Assembly: GCA_965247635.1 (NCBI GenBank)
Contig: CBDFHJ010000008.1
Location: 252,381-316,380, forward strand
Length of the DNA stretch: 64,000 nt
Origin: Dehalococcoidia bacterium
GTDB taxonomy: Bacteria > Chloroflexota > Dehalococcoidia > Lucifugimonadales > Australimonadaceae
Reading direction: 5' to 3'
Part shown: positions 18,974-28,051 of the stretch, piece by piece
How positions within the stretch are numbered: position 1 is the stretch's first letter
How the letters are laid out: each line of letters begins with the position of its first letter
Translations under genes and position numbers: made by a program
Notes under the pieces: model-generated
Seen by the model: the letters and a program-made list of their open reading frames with translations, nothing else
The model's database searches: none
What the model was told of the DNA's origin: nothing

Positions 18974-20512
18974 TTAGCTTGGCTGGTTGTCCTTTAGGGG
19001 AATAACCACGCCCCCTTTACCAGTGCCCTCCAAGCTCCCTTTGATCTCGCCAAGCCGAGAGGTCACTTTGTCGCGCGCCTGGTCGGTCATCGCGGCGAGG
19101 CGTGCCCCGTGCACCTTGAACAGCCTAAATATCCGCTCGTACATCGTGTCCACGGTCCGCAGACGGCTGGTGTAGCGCTCGAACAACTCCCGCGACTCCT
19201 GCAAGCTCCAGCGTTGGTCCAGATGCACCAGTTGCCTACCGGTGTACAACTGGTAGGGGCGCATCTTCCCCGCCGGCAGGATGGAGCCGTCTTCATCCAG
19301 GGGCGTCAGCGTGTCCCAGTTGATCGTGGCCGGCAGGGGGGTTAGCAGGTTCGCTGTCTGGTACTTGCTCACCGTCCGGACCCAGTCGGCCATAGCCATG
19401 ATGCTCTCTTCCGTATCGTAGGGCAGGCCAATGATCGTCATGGCCGCCACCCAAAAGCCCAATGAGTTGAGCACCCGCAGGTCGTGGTCTACCTGGCCGG
19501 GCTCCTGACGCTTGCGGACCAGCTCCAGGTTCTTGGCGTTATCCGACTCGACACCCACGTAGAGCATCTTGAACCCAGCATCCATCATGGCCGAAGCCAG
19601 CTCTGGGTCGGAACCGACTTCCGCCCTTACCTGACCGATCATCCACGTGGACTCGGTGTGGCCCTTCCAGTTCCGCAACCGCGCCAGACGCTCATCGCGG
19701 AACTTGCTCGCCCGCAACGGAGGCGCGTGCAGGTCGTCGGACACGAAGATGCTGAACTTGCCTCTCCGATTGGTGTATATGAGGCCCTGGCTGGCCAGCC
19801 CTTCAAGTTGGGCAAGGCGCCGCAGCTCGGTCTCTCGAGGGATCATCCGATAACCCAAGAACTGTTGGATCACCTGGCAGTAGCTACAGTTCTCCACGCA
19901 GCCCCGGGTGGTCTCCATCACCCCGGCGGCCAGCGGGTTGCGGGGCGTCAGGTCGCGCATGGCGTAGAAGTCCGGCAACTCAACGAAGTCGGGCGCCACC
20001 AGGCCTCGCCGTGGCGTTTGGACCAGCCCGCCGTCCTCCAGGAAGGCGATCCCTGGGATCTTGCGAAGCTCACGCAGGAGGTCTGCGCCCTGATAGCTCA
20101 ACATCACGTCGCACAGGGGGCCGATGATGTCCTCACCCTCCCGCTGTGCAACAACATCGCAGCCGGTCTCCCGCAGGGTCTCGTCCGCCAAGGGGCTCAT
20201 GTGCGGCCCACCGCCGATAATCGGCATCTCCGGATAGTGCTGCCGTACCGCGCGGATGATTTCGTATGCCCTGGGGGCTTCGTTGATTAACGCCGTCACC
20301 AGAAGGATATCCGTACCCTTCAGGTCCTTCTCCGGGTTAATCTTGCCGTTGCGGTCCTCGTACCAGACCTCCCGGTCGTACAGGTAATCGCCCCTCCACT
20401 GCTTCAGTGCGCCGGAGAGGAACAACAGTCCCTGGCGGGGGATCGCCACGAACTCAAAGTTCCCACCGGTAGACTTTGGGGCTAGGAGGAGTGCTCGTTT
20501 CGTCTTCGCCAT
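18974..20512 (-). CDS. B12-binding domain radical SAM protein
   Basis: IIGGGPH, REGE, TTRGCVENCSYC (CxxxCxxC), YVGVES and IIGLPYDT motifs. Confidence 0.9.
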   Translation of the reverse strand: MAKTKRALLLAPKSTGGNFEFVAIPRQGLLFLSGALKQWRGDYLYDREVWYEDRNGKINPEKDLKGTDILLVTALINEAPRAYEIIRAVRQHYPEMPIIGGGPHMSPLADETLRETGCDVVAQREGEDIIGPLCDVMLSYQGADLLRELRKIPGIAFLEDGGLVQTPRRGLVAPDFVELPDFYAMRDLTPRNPLAAGVMETTRGCVENCSYCQVIQQFLGYRMIPRETELRRLAQLEGLASQGLIYTNRRGKFSIFVSDDLHAPPLRASKFRDERLARLRNWKGHTESTWMIGQVRAEVGSDPELASAMMDAGFKMLYVGVESDNAKNLELVRKRQEPGQVDHDLRVLNSLGFWVAAMTIIGLPYDTEESIMAMADWVRTVSKYQTANLLTPLPATINWDTLTPLDEDGSILPAGKMRPYQLYTGRQLVHLDQRWSLQESRELFERYTSRLRTVDTMYERIFRLFKVHGARLAAMTDQARDKVTSRLGEIKGSLEGTGKGGVVIPLKDNQPS

Positions 20513-20811
20513 ACGGCACCTCTATACCAGACGGGCCAGCACGCCCGGTGTCCGCTGAGACCCGTGCGTCTGGCCACGGCTCATTCTTCGCTACACGCAA
20601 GTGCCAAGCTTACGTTATCCGTTGATTATAGGCGAGCCATTGCCGCTTGGGAACCCCTTACGCACTCATCTGCTGAGGCGTCATCGAAGCACAGCGCACG
20701 GTCGCAGCACCACCGCCTGGGTTTCGAGCAATGCGCGTAGTACACTGGTGACGTGTCGTGGCCGTGGCGCCATGGCCTCCTGTCGACACTTACACCTTTT
20801 CGTGGTGCGCG

Positions 20812-22629
20812 TTGCCATACCAAGACATCCACGACTACGGCATTATCGGTGACATGCGCTCCTGCGCCCTCGTCGGGCGCGATGGCTCCATCGACTGGGC
20901 CTGCTTTCCACGCTTCGACTCGCCCAGCGTCTTCGCCGCCATCTTGGACAACGTTCGCGGCGGCCGCTTCCAGATCGCTCCCGCGAGCGATTATCGGTCA
21001 ACGCAGCGATACCTGCCCAGCACCAACGTACTGGAGACCTCGTTTAGCACGAGCACGGGCAGCGCCGCCCTGGTGGACTTCATGCCTCCCGCTCGCGCCT
21101 CGGAGGGTGAGGAGGCCCCGCACGAATTGCACCGTCTCGTCCGCGGCACCCACGGCGCGGTGGAGCTACGCCTGCGCTTTCAACCGCGGTTCGGTTACGC
21201 CCAAGACCAAGTGACTTTCACCTCGGCGAGGCATGGGGTCGTGGCCAAGGGCGCGACGGGCTCCATGGCCCTCGTCTCCGCTGTCCCGCTGCATGTAGAC
21301 GAGCATGACGGGACCACCGCCACGTTCGCTATTCAGGAGGGCCAAGAACTCCATTTCGTGGCCGTCTACGGCCTGGGCCGGACCCCGTCGGTGCGGTCTT
21401 TGGACTCGGTGGCCAAGCTCGCGCGTACCGTCCGTTTCTGGGAGGCCACCGTAGCCAAGGTGGAGTACGACGGCCTGTGGAGCGAGCAGGTCATGCGCTC
21501 CTTCCTCCTGCTCCACCTGCTGACGTACCACCCCACTGGCGCCATCGTCGCGGCGCCCACCACCTCTTTACCGGAGCGGTTGGGGGCCAACCGTAACTGG
21601 GACTACCGCTACTGCTGGCTGCGGGATAGCGCCTGGACGGTGGGTGTCTTGGCCCGCATGGGCGACCCGCACGAGGCCGAGGCGTTTATGGAGTGGATGG
21701 TGGACAACTGTCAGATGAGCGTGGACCACAGGCAGGTCCTTTACGGCATCACTCCGGAGAGCGAGCTTCAGGAGACCACCCTGGACCACTTGGAAGGGTA
21801 CGAGGCCTCAAGGCCGGTCCGTATCGGCAACGACGCCGCATTTCACCGCCAGATTGACGTCTTCGGCGAGGTGGTGCTGAGCATGGCCGCGTTCCACCAG
21901 TACCATGGCCATCTCCCTCGCGACGGCTGGCCGCTGGTGCAGCGCATGGCCGGCCTGGCCGCTCGGATGTGGCACCTGCCCGACCGTGGCATCTGGGAGG
22001 TCCGCGGACGGGAGCAGCACTTCGTTTACTCCAAGGTCATGTGCTGGGTCGCGTTGGACCGCGCCGCCCACCTGGCGGAGACCTACGGCTACGACGGCCC
22101 CGTGGAGTGGTGGCGACAGCAGGCCGCGAAGCTACGCGAGGAGGTCCTCCGCGAGGGGTGGAGCGAGGAGAAGCAGTCCTTTGTCCAGCGTTACGGCGCC
22201 GACGCTATCGACGCCAGCGCTTTGCTCATCCCCTTCGTCGGCTTCCTTCCTCCCGACGACCCTCGGGTCCGCTCCACTGTGTTGCGCGTCGCTCAGGAGC
22301 TTTCCGAGGGTCCCTTTGTCCGTCGATACCTGCCCCATGAGACCGACGATGGGCTGGGGTCGGAGGAGGGCGCCTTCTTCATCCTCAGCTTTTGGCTCGT
22401 CGGGGCACTGCTCTTCATCGGCGAGCGTGAGGAGGCCCTGGCACGGTTTGACCAGGTCATGGCCCAGACCAACCATCTGGGTTTAATGGCTGAGATGATC
22501 GACCCGAAGACCCACCGCGCCCTGGGCAACTTCCCTCAGGCCTTCAGCCACATCGGCCTGATCCACACCGCGCGCAACCTCAGCCAATCCCTAGCATCGG
22601 GCAGGGCTGAGCAGGAGTTGCTGGGCTAG
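20812..22629 (+). CDS. glycoside hydrolase family 15 (trehalase/glucoamylase-like)
   Basis: DYGIIGD, AAPTTSLPE, NWDYRYCWLRD, GIWEVRG and GNFPQAFSH motifs. Start (20758 or 20812) uncertain. Confidence 0.92.
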   Translation: MPYQDIHDYGIIGDMRSCALVGRDGSIDWACFPRFDSPSVFAAILDNVRGGRFQIAPASDYRSTQRYLPSTNVLETSFSTSTGSAALVDFMPPARASEGEEAPHELHRLVRGTHGAVELRLRFQPRFGYAQDQVTFTSARHGVVAKGATGSMALVSAVPLHVDEHDGTTATFAIQEGQELHFVAVYGLGRTPSVRSLDSVAKLARTVRFWEATVAKVEYDGLWSEQVMRSFLLLHLLTYHPTGAIVAAPTTSLPERLGANRNWDYRYCWLRDSAWTVGVLARMGDPHEAEAFMEWMVDNCQMSVDHRQVLYGITPESELQETTLDHLEGYEASRPVRIGNDAAFHRQIDVFGEVVLSMAAFHQYHGHLPRDGWPLVQRMAGLAARMWHLPDRGIWEVRGREQHFVYSKVMCWVALDRAAHLAETYGYDGPVEWWRQQAAKLREEVLREGWSEEKQSFVQRYGADAIDASALLIPFVGFLPPDDPRVRSTVLRVAQELSEGPFVRRYLPHETDDGLGSEEGAFFILSFWLVGALLFIGEREEALARFDQVMAQTNHLGLMAEMIDPKTHRALGNFPQAFSHIGLIHTARNLSQSLASGRAEQELLG

Positions 22630-22709
22630 CGGCCCTTGGCAATCCGCCCTAGCAAGCTACTAAAAACAGGTTTTCGTGCTTCGACAAGCTCTCTGACCAG
22701 ACGAGACCC

Positions 22710-22913
22710 TGTCACCCTGAGCGGAGCGAAGGGTCTCTCGGGAAGGGCCGGTGAGAGATGCTTCGCCCCGATGAATCGGGACTCAGCATGACAGGGGGGC
22801 CTAGCCCGCGCCGTTCACCCTGTCCGATGACGCTCTGCTCATCGGACTCTCGATAGCTCCGACTTGTCGGAGCGTATCGGAGAGCGAAACCGAAGCGAAG
22901 GGCGGCGCGGGCT
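22710..22913. repeat. cluster of nested palindromic elements
   Basis: TGTCACCCTGAGC...GAAGGGTCTC and GAGATGCTTCG[CCCCGATGAATCGGGA]CTCAGCATGACA; then CCGTTCACCCTG[60-bp insert]AGCG...CGAAGGG. Confidence 0.85.
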
Positions 22914-22926
22914 TTTCATCACCTTG

Positions 22927-23832
22927 CTAGAGCCGGCCCTGGATGAAGTTGGTAATGACCCTGTCGTGCTCTTCGGGGTGCTCCCACTGGGGCCAATGCG
23001 CCGCGTCCTTCATAAGGTAATGCTTGGCGTCGGGGATGAGACTGGCGAGGTGTTCGCCTACCTCCGGAGGGTTGCTGGGGTTGAGCTCCGTCCAGAAGAC
23101 CAAGGTAGGCGGTTTCAGTTTCGCGCAGTCCTCCTCTTCGTAGCGTGCCCGGCGGCCACCCGGCGGCGTGCTGAGCGCGGCGGTGAAAGCGGTCCGCATC
23201 GCCTCTCGGACGTCCGGCAGGGAGTAGAGCTGCAGGCGCACCTCCACCAGCTCATCGGTCACCCGGTCGGGCGTGGTCATCAGCCACTCCAGGCGGCTGC
23301 GAATGGCGGCTGGGTCGAGGCTGTCCAGGGCCTCCAGGCCAAGGCGCATGGCGTTTTCCACCGGATTGAGCGGTGGCGGGAACGTTCGCTTGAAATTGAT
23401 CTGGGCGCCGGTGTTCAGGATGAGCTTTCCACACCGGTCGGGGTGCTCCAGGCCCAGCCGGAACGTGATGTGAGCCCCCATGGACTCCCCTTCGACGTGG
23501 GCCCACGGGATCCCCTCGACGTCCATGAGTTCGACGACGGCCGCTACCGCGTGCCCTTGCCGGTCGTCGGTGTCCTTGGGCTCCTTGCTGGAGAGGCCGT
23601 GATACAGGACGTCAATAGCGTAGACGTGGAACTCCTTGGCCAGGTTCATGACGTTCCGTGCCCACGCCTCAGCGTGGCCTCCACTGCCGTGGATAAGGAT
23701 GAGCGGTTCACCGGACCCTGCCTCGATGACGCGGGTGGTGTACCGCTCGCCTTCGACAAACCGGGTCTGGCTGCCCATCAGCTCCACGTAGATGGATCGC
23801 CATTTCGTCTCCGTGCCAACGTTTGCAGCCAT
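22927..23832 (-). CDS. alpha/beta hydrolase (meta-cleavage-product hydrolase-like)
   Basis: LIHGSGG, GESMG nucleophile elbow and AAHWPQWEHPE motifs. Confidence 0.9.
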   Translation of the reverse strand: MAANVGTETKWRSIYVELMGSQTRFVEGERYTTRVIEAGSGEPLILIHGSGGHAEAWARNVMNLAKEFHVYAIDVLYHGLSSKEPKDTDDRQGHAVAAVVELMDVEGIPWAHVEGESMGAHITFRLGLEHPDRCGKLILNTGAQINFKRTFPPPLNPVENAMRLGLEALDSLDPAAIRSRLEWLMTTPDRVTDELVEVRLQLYSLPDVREAMRTAFTAALSTPPGGRRARYEEEDCAKLKPPTLVFWTELNPSNPPEVGEHLASLIPDAKHYLMKDAAHWPQWEHPEEHDRVITNFIQGRL

Positions 23833-23874
23833 GTCCCCTCCTCTATTGAAGCGTTTAGGAGCCTCTGCCGCCGC

Positions 23875-25230
23875 CTATCCCGTGGCGCTGACCGTGCTGG
23901 GTTCGCTCACCGGTGACTTGAGCGGCCTCGCCAGGAACATCAGCGCCGCGGCGCCCATCCACCCAACCAGCATGATCCAGAAGGCCGCGTCGTACGACCC
24001 CGTAGCGTCGCGGAGGAGGGCGATCCAGTACGGCCCTACGCCGAGCGACACCATAGAGAGCGTCGCGAACACGCTTCGGATGGCGCCGATGTTCCGCCGC
24101 CCGAAGTAGTTGGGCCATACCAGTTGCGAGATGGCCACGTAGCCGCCCAGCGTCAGCCCCATTATGGCGGTGTGGAGAAAGGCCAGCGGGGCGGAGTCTG
24201 TGTAGATCAGCATGAGCAGGGGCAGGCCCGTGGCGACGCTCAAGGCTATGAGCAGCGGCCGAATGTGGTACCGGTCGGCCATGATGCCCCAGACTATCCG
24301 GCCGATGATGGCGAAGAACCCATACGTGGATATCACCGCCGCGGCCGTGTCGGCGCTAATCCCGTTGTCGGTGAAGTGCGGGTACCAGCTCGACCCGAGC
24401 CCGATGGTCGACGGCCCGATGAGTACGCTGGCCAACACCAGGAACCACGTGGTTCGCTGGCGCAGGGCCTGCCGTACCGTGTAGTTGTACTCAGTGGCCC
24501 CCGAACGCACCCGGGGCCGAGGCGCCGGCTGAACTGGCCTCTCCACTCCATCCCCGCCGCCCAGCTCCGGCTGGTCTCCATCCGGCAACAGGCCGATGTC
24601 TTCCGGGGAGCGGTGCACCAGCAGCGATAGCGGCAGCACCAGCAGCAACATGATGACACCCAAGCAAACCCATGCCGTCCGCCAGCCGAATAGGTCAATG
24701 AGCAGACTCACGTACAGGGGTGAGGCCAGAGCCGCCGCCGCGCTGCCCATGGACCCAAAGCTGGTGGCCCGGCCCCGCTTGCGCACAAACCACTTCGGCA
24801 TGAGCGCCTGAAAGATTTGGCCGCCCGCTCCCGCCGAGCTTATGCCTCCGAGCACACCGAAGATGAGGTAGAACTCGGTCAGCGACTGGACCCTGCCCAC
24901 CGCCATGAGCGTCGCCCCGAACACGATGGTCGTGGTGACCAGGAGGGGCCGTGGCCACCGCCGGTGGTCCATGAGTCGGTTCGTAAACGGGAAGAGGACC
25001 ATGCCGATCAGGAATCGCATGGTCAGGGCGGCGAACAGCGATGAGCGACTCCACCCCAGGTCGTCTTCCATGGCCACCGCGAGCAGCGGAAAGGACCAGG
25101 GGCCGATGGCCAGCATCATCGCCAAAAACTGGGCGCCCACCAGGAGCCATCCGTAGTAAAACGGAAGCCGCCGCGCCCACGCGACGGGTGCCGCGGTCGC
25201 CGCTTGTGCCTGTTCCCCAGGGCTAGCCAT
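23875..25230 (-). CDS. MFS transporter
   Basis: About 12 TM segments; FYYGW, KWFVRKRGRA, PEDIGLLPDG and YFGRRNIGAIR motifs. Confidence 0.9.
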   Translation of the reverse strand: MASPGEQAQAATAAPVAWARRLPFYYGWLLVGAQFLAMMLAIGPWSFPLLAVAMEDDLGWSRSSLFAALTMRFLIGMVLFPFTNRLMDHRRWPRPLLVTTTIVFGATLMAVGRVQSLTEFYLIFGVLGGISSAGAGGQIFQALMPKWFVRKRGRATSFGSMGSAAAALASPLYVSLLIDLFGWRTAWVCLGVIMLLLVLPLSLLVHRSPEDIGLLPDGDQPELGGGDGVERPVQPAPRPRVRSGATEYNYTVRQALRQRTTWFLVLASVLIGPSTIGLGSSWYPHFTDNGISADTAAAVISTYGFFAIIGRIVWGIMADRYHIRPLLIALSVATGLPLLMLIYTDSAPLAFLHTAIMGLTLGGYVAISQLVWPNYFGRRNIGAIRSVFATLSMVSLGVGPYWIALLRDATGSYDAAFWIMLVGWMGAAALMFLARPLKSPVSEPSTVSATG

Positions 25231-25390
25231 GGACTCCTCTGGGCCAGGGGTGGACGTGAAAACGCCTCTCTCCGCGGCACCCGTCGCTGGCCCTACCCTT
25301 CAATCGATAGCGCCGGTCCGCCGCGCTGCCGCGACTGTACCATGCCACCGTGTTGTGTCAATGCAATGACGCGGCGTGGCTGTGGTCACA

Positions 25391-25422
25391 AAAAGGCCCG
25401 GAGGAGTGTTCCTCCGAGCCTA
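25391..25422 (-). terminator. intrinsic terminator
   Basis: AAAAAGGC.CGGAGGA...TCCTCCG.GCCT, with a U-tract on the minus strand. Confidence 0.6.
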
Positions 25423-25455
25423 TGCGCCTAGGCGGCTTTTGCTAGCAAGGGCTGG

Positions 25456-25773
25456 TCACGCGTGCTGCATCGCACCCTTAACGGCGGTGGCGACCCAATC
25501 GCGAGGAGGAGAGCCTTCAGGTCGCCCATCCACCCAGTAGAGCCGGCACTCCAGGTTGAAACCCTCGGTTGGAACGTCCGGCTCGACGTCGCGCTCGTCT
25601 ATCCGGATAGTGGGCGAACCCACGAACCGCAGCTGCCACGCATGTGCGTTGCTCGTCACTCTGACGAGGTTAATCGGCCCGTCCACTCCGTGCTCGGCTA
25701 AGACCGCTTCCAGCTCCCGTTTTGTCGCTTTCCAGTTGGGACAACCGTCAAAGTAGAGCAGTTCAACCTTCAT
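25456..25773 (-). CDS. small thioredoxin-fold protein (DUF2703-like)
   Basis: ELLYFDGCPNW, FVGSPTIRID and CRLY motifs. Confidence 0.8.
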   Translation of the reverse strand: MKVELLYFDGCPNWKATKRELEAVLAEHGVDGPINLVRVTSNAHAWQLRFVGSPTIRIDERDVEPDVPTEGFNLECRLYWVDGRPEGSPPRDWVATAVKGAMQHA

Positions 25774-25965
25774 ATCCGTTCCTCTCTTTTTCGTTCAGCA
25801 GGCTCTCAACTTCACGCTCGGCGCCGCTCGTGGCTCCCAGACCCTCGCGCCAGCGTAAGAGGCCCGATGGGTGAACCCACCGGGCCTCTACGGCAGTACG
25901 GCGGCCCCACTATTCCCCCTCCTTCCTCTTCACCAGCCTGCCGTCTGCCATCGAAGGATGACCGG

Positions 25966-26656
25966 CTATCCGGCCAATGCCTCCTCGTCTGCCAGCTCCC
26001 GGATCCGCCGCGACTGAAGCCGGATGACCGTCACAATGGTGGTCAACCCGAGAGAGATGGACAGGAGATAGACCGCGATACCAATCCGCCGCACTCCTTC
26101 CAGCCACGTGGCCCAGGAGGTTACCGACTGGACCGTGGCTGTGTCGCCGTCCAACACCGCGTCGCCTACGACAGCGGCGAGGACGAAGTGTGTAACGATG
26201 GCGAACAGTAGCATCATCATGCCCATCATCATGAGCGCCAGCATCGCTCGAGCGGTGTAGGGCATCACCAGGGTCAGCACTCGACGCCCCGTGCTCTCCT
26301 GGACGCTCCCGCCACCGTCGCGGAAGGCCCCAAGGATACGCGCGATGGCGAAGGTGATGGCGGAAAGGATGCCCATGAATCCGATGAACTGGACCGCCGG
26401 CACCACCTGTCCGAGCACGGCGATGGTGGAGGCGTCGCTGGTGGTAGCTGCCCCGCCGGCTATCAGGCTGCCGCGGGATAGCGGCCAGGATAAAGGCCGC
26501 GGGAAACGCCATAAGCCCCATGAGGAACATCGGGAGCCACAGGCGCCTCCCCAGTTGTTGCGGCAGGTTCATGCCGAGGTTGCGTCGGCTGACCTGGGTA
26601 TTGAACTCACCGTAGGTGACACGGTCTTGCGTGCGTGTTGCAGTGGCCATGGTCAT
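25966..26656 (-). CDS. multi-TM membrane protein, +1 frameshift near 26475
   Basis: Removing one C in ATCCCGCGG joins ...ILAAI to RGSLIAGGAATTSDASTIAVLGQ; paralog of the upstream gene. Confidence 0.8.
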
Positions 26657-26664
26657 TGTCCTTT

Positions 26665-27660
26665 CTATCGCCCGTCCGTGATCAGCTGGCGGATGCGCCA
26701 GAACTGGAACGGAAGGATCTTGGTTCCGATGGTTGCCAAAGCCAGCACAATGCCAGAGAGGATGAGCCCCAGGCTGATCTCCCGCAGCGGGCCCAGCCAG
26801 GCGAAGTAGGCCGCGATGGAAGTTGGGTCGTCCAGCGTCGCCACGTATGCGTAGAGACCGAACTGGACCATGGCGAGCATGAGCCCCACTATCATCAAAC
26901 CCACAAAGGCTTTGGCAATGTAGGACATGACCGGAGTCTTAACGGCCACGCCGAGCGACTCCTGGACTTCGCCACCGCCCTGACGAAGCGACCCGAGAAT
27001 GCTGCCCAGGATGAAGGCGATGCCTGAAAGGATGAACGCCTCACCCAAGAACTCCGTCCCCTGAGCCCAGGCGCTCAACGTCAGGTAGTCGCTCCTGTCG
27101 CCGTTGGCAACCCCGGCCTCAACGAGGGACAGGACCAGGCCGATGGCCGTGACCATAGCGCCCATCAACAGCATCGGAGACCACATGGTGAAGGCCATCC
27201 GGTGGAGAAGCAGTGGCCGCGGCGCTCGCTCGGTATGGGTTGCGGTGCCGTAAGGCGTGCTGACGCGCGATGAGCTGATCTCGGTCTTGTTGGGAACGTC
27301 GGGGACCAGCTTGGCCAGCCCCGCCTTCACGCTTTCCACCCGGACCCACAGCCGTCGAACGATACCCAGCAAGATCAAAGCGATTCCGATCTTCAGGATG
27401 CCCAGCCCGGCTGTCGCCACGCCGAAGGTCCATGCGTTGTTGGTCAGGATGTCCGTTTCGCTACCGTTGGTCGCCACCAGGTTGGCGTTGACCAGGCTGC
27501 CGATAAACGCGGCCATGGCAACCATGATTCCAACAAGGGCAACGACCACTCCAATTCGCGCAGGACTGGACTTGGAGTGGCAGTCCACTGTGGTTGAGGG
27601 CCTCAAAACGCCGCTAGGCCGGATGATACCCCTTTGCACCGTCGTAGCTTGTACCGTCAT
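26665..27660 (-). CDS. multi-TM membrane protein of unknown function
   Basis: About 6 TM segments; LRQGGGEVQESLG motif shared with the downstream gene; AGAGGAG RBS. Confidence 0.85.
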   Translation of the reverse strand: MTVQATTVQRGIIRPSGVLRPSTTVDCHSKSSPARIGVVVALVGIMVAMAAFIGSLVNANLVATNGSETDILTNNAWTFGVATAGLGILKIGIALILLGIVRRLWVRVESVKAGLAKLVPDVPNKTEISSSRVSTPYGTATHTERAPRPLLLHRMAFTMWSPMLLMGAMVTAIGLVLSLVEAGVANGDRSDYLTLSAWAQGTEFLGEAFILSGIAFILGSILGSLRQGGGEVQESLGVAVKTPVMSYIAKAFVGLMIVGLMLAMVQFGLYAYVATLDDPTSIAAYFAWLGPLREISLGLILSGIVLALATIGTKILPFQFWRIRQLITDGR

Positions 27661-27960
27661 ACGATCTCTCCTCTTATGCTTGGTAAGTCGACCTCAGACA
27701 CGAATTCGGTCCAACATCATCAAGGGCTATTCATCGCACAGCCTCCTCAGTTAGGAGTCCTGGCCGCTTCCACCGTCCACTCTGTGCTATCCGCGGTGTA
27801 CTCGTTTATTGGGATGCCGCCACGGCGTTGGGGGATGCATTCGCATCGACCCATCGCACGTCCGTGGAGCCGTCCTGACACGCAGGGGACGTACGGTGAA
27901 CAGCTGTGCGAATGTGCGCCTTACGCGGGTAGGTCGAGACTGATGCGCGCGGAAGCATGC

Positions 27961-28035
27961 AAAAAGAACGAGGGGAGCCCCGGTTTCGGGGCTCCCCTCG
28001 TTCTCGGCTATCGGGGCTCCCCTCGTTCTCGGCTA
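27961..28035 (-). terminator. glnA terminator with a 25-bp tandem duplication of one arm
   Basis: AAAAAGAACGAGGGGAGCCCCG-GTTT-CGGGGCTCCCCTCGTTCT; TCGGGGCTCCCCTCGTTCTCGGCTA x2 (27986-28035). Confidence 0.85.
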
Positions 28036-28051
28036 GGCGTGTTCCGTTAGG

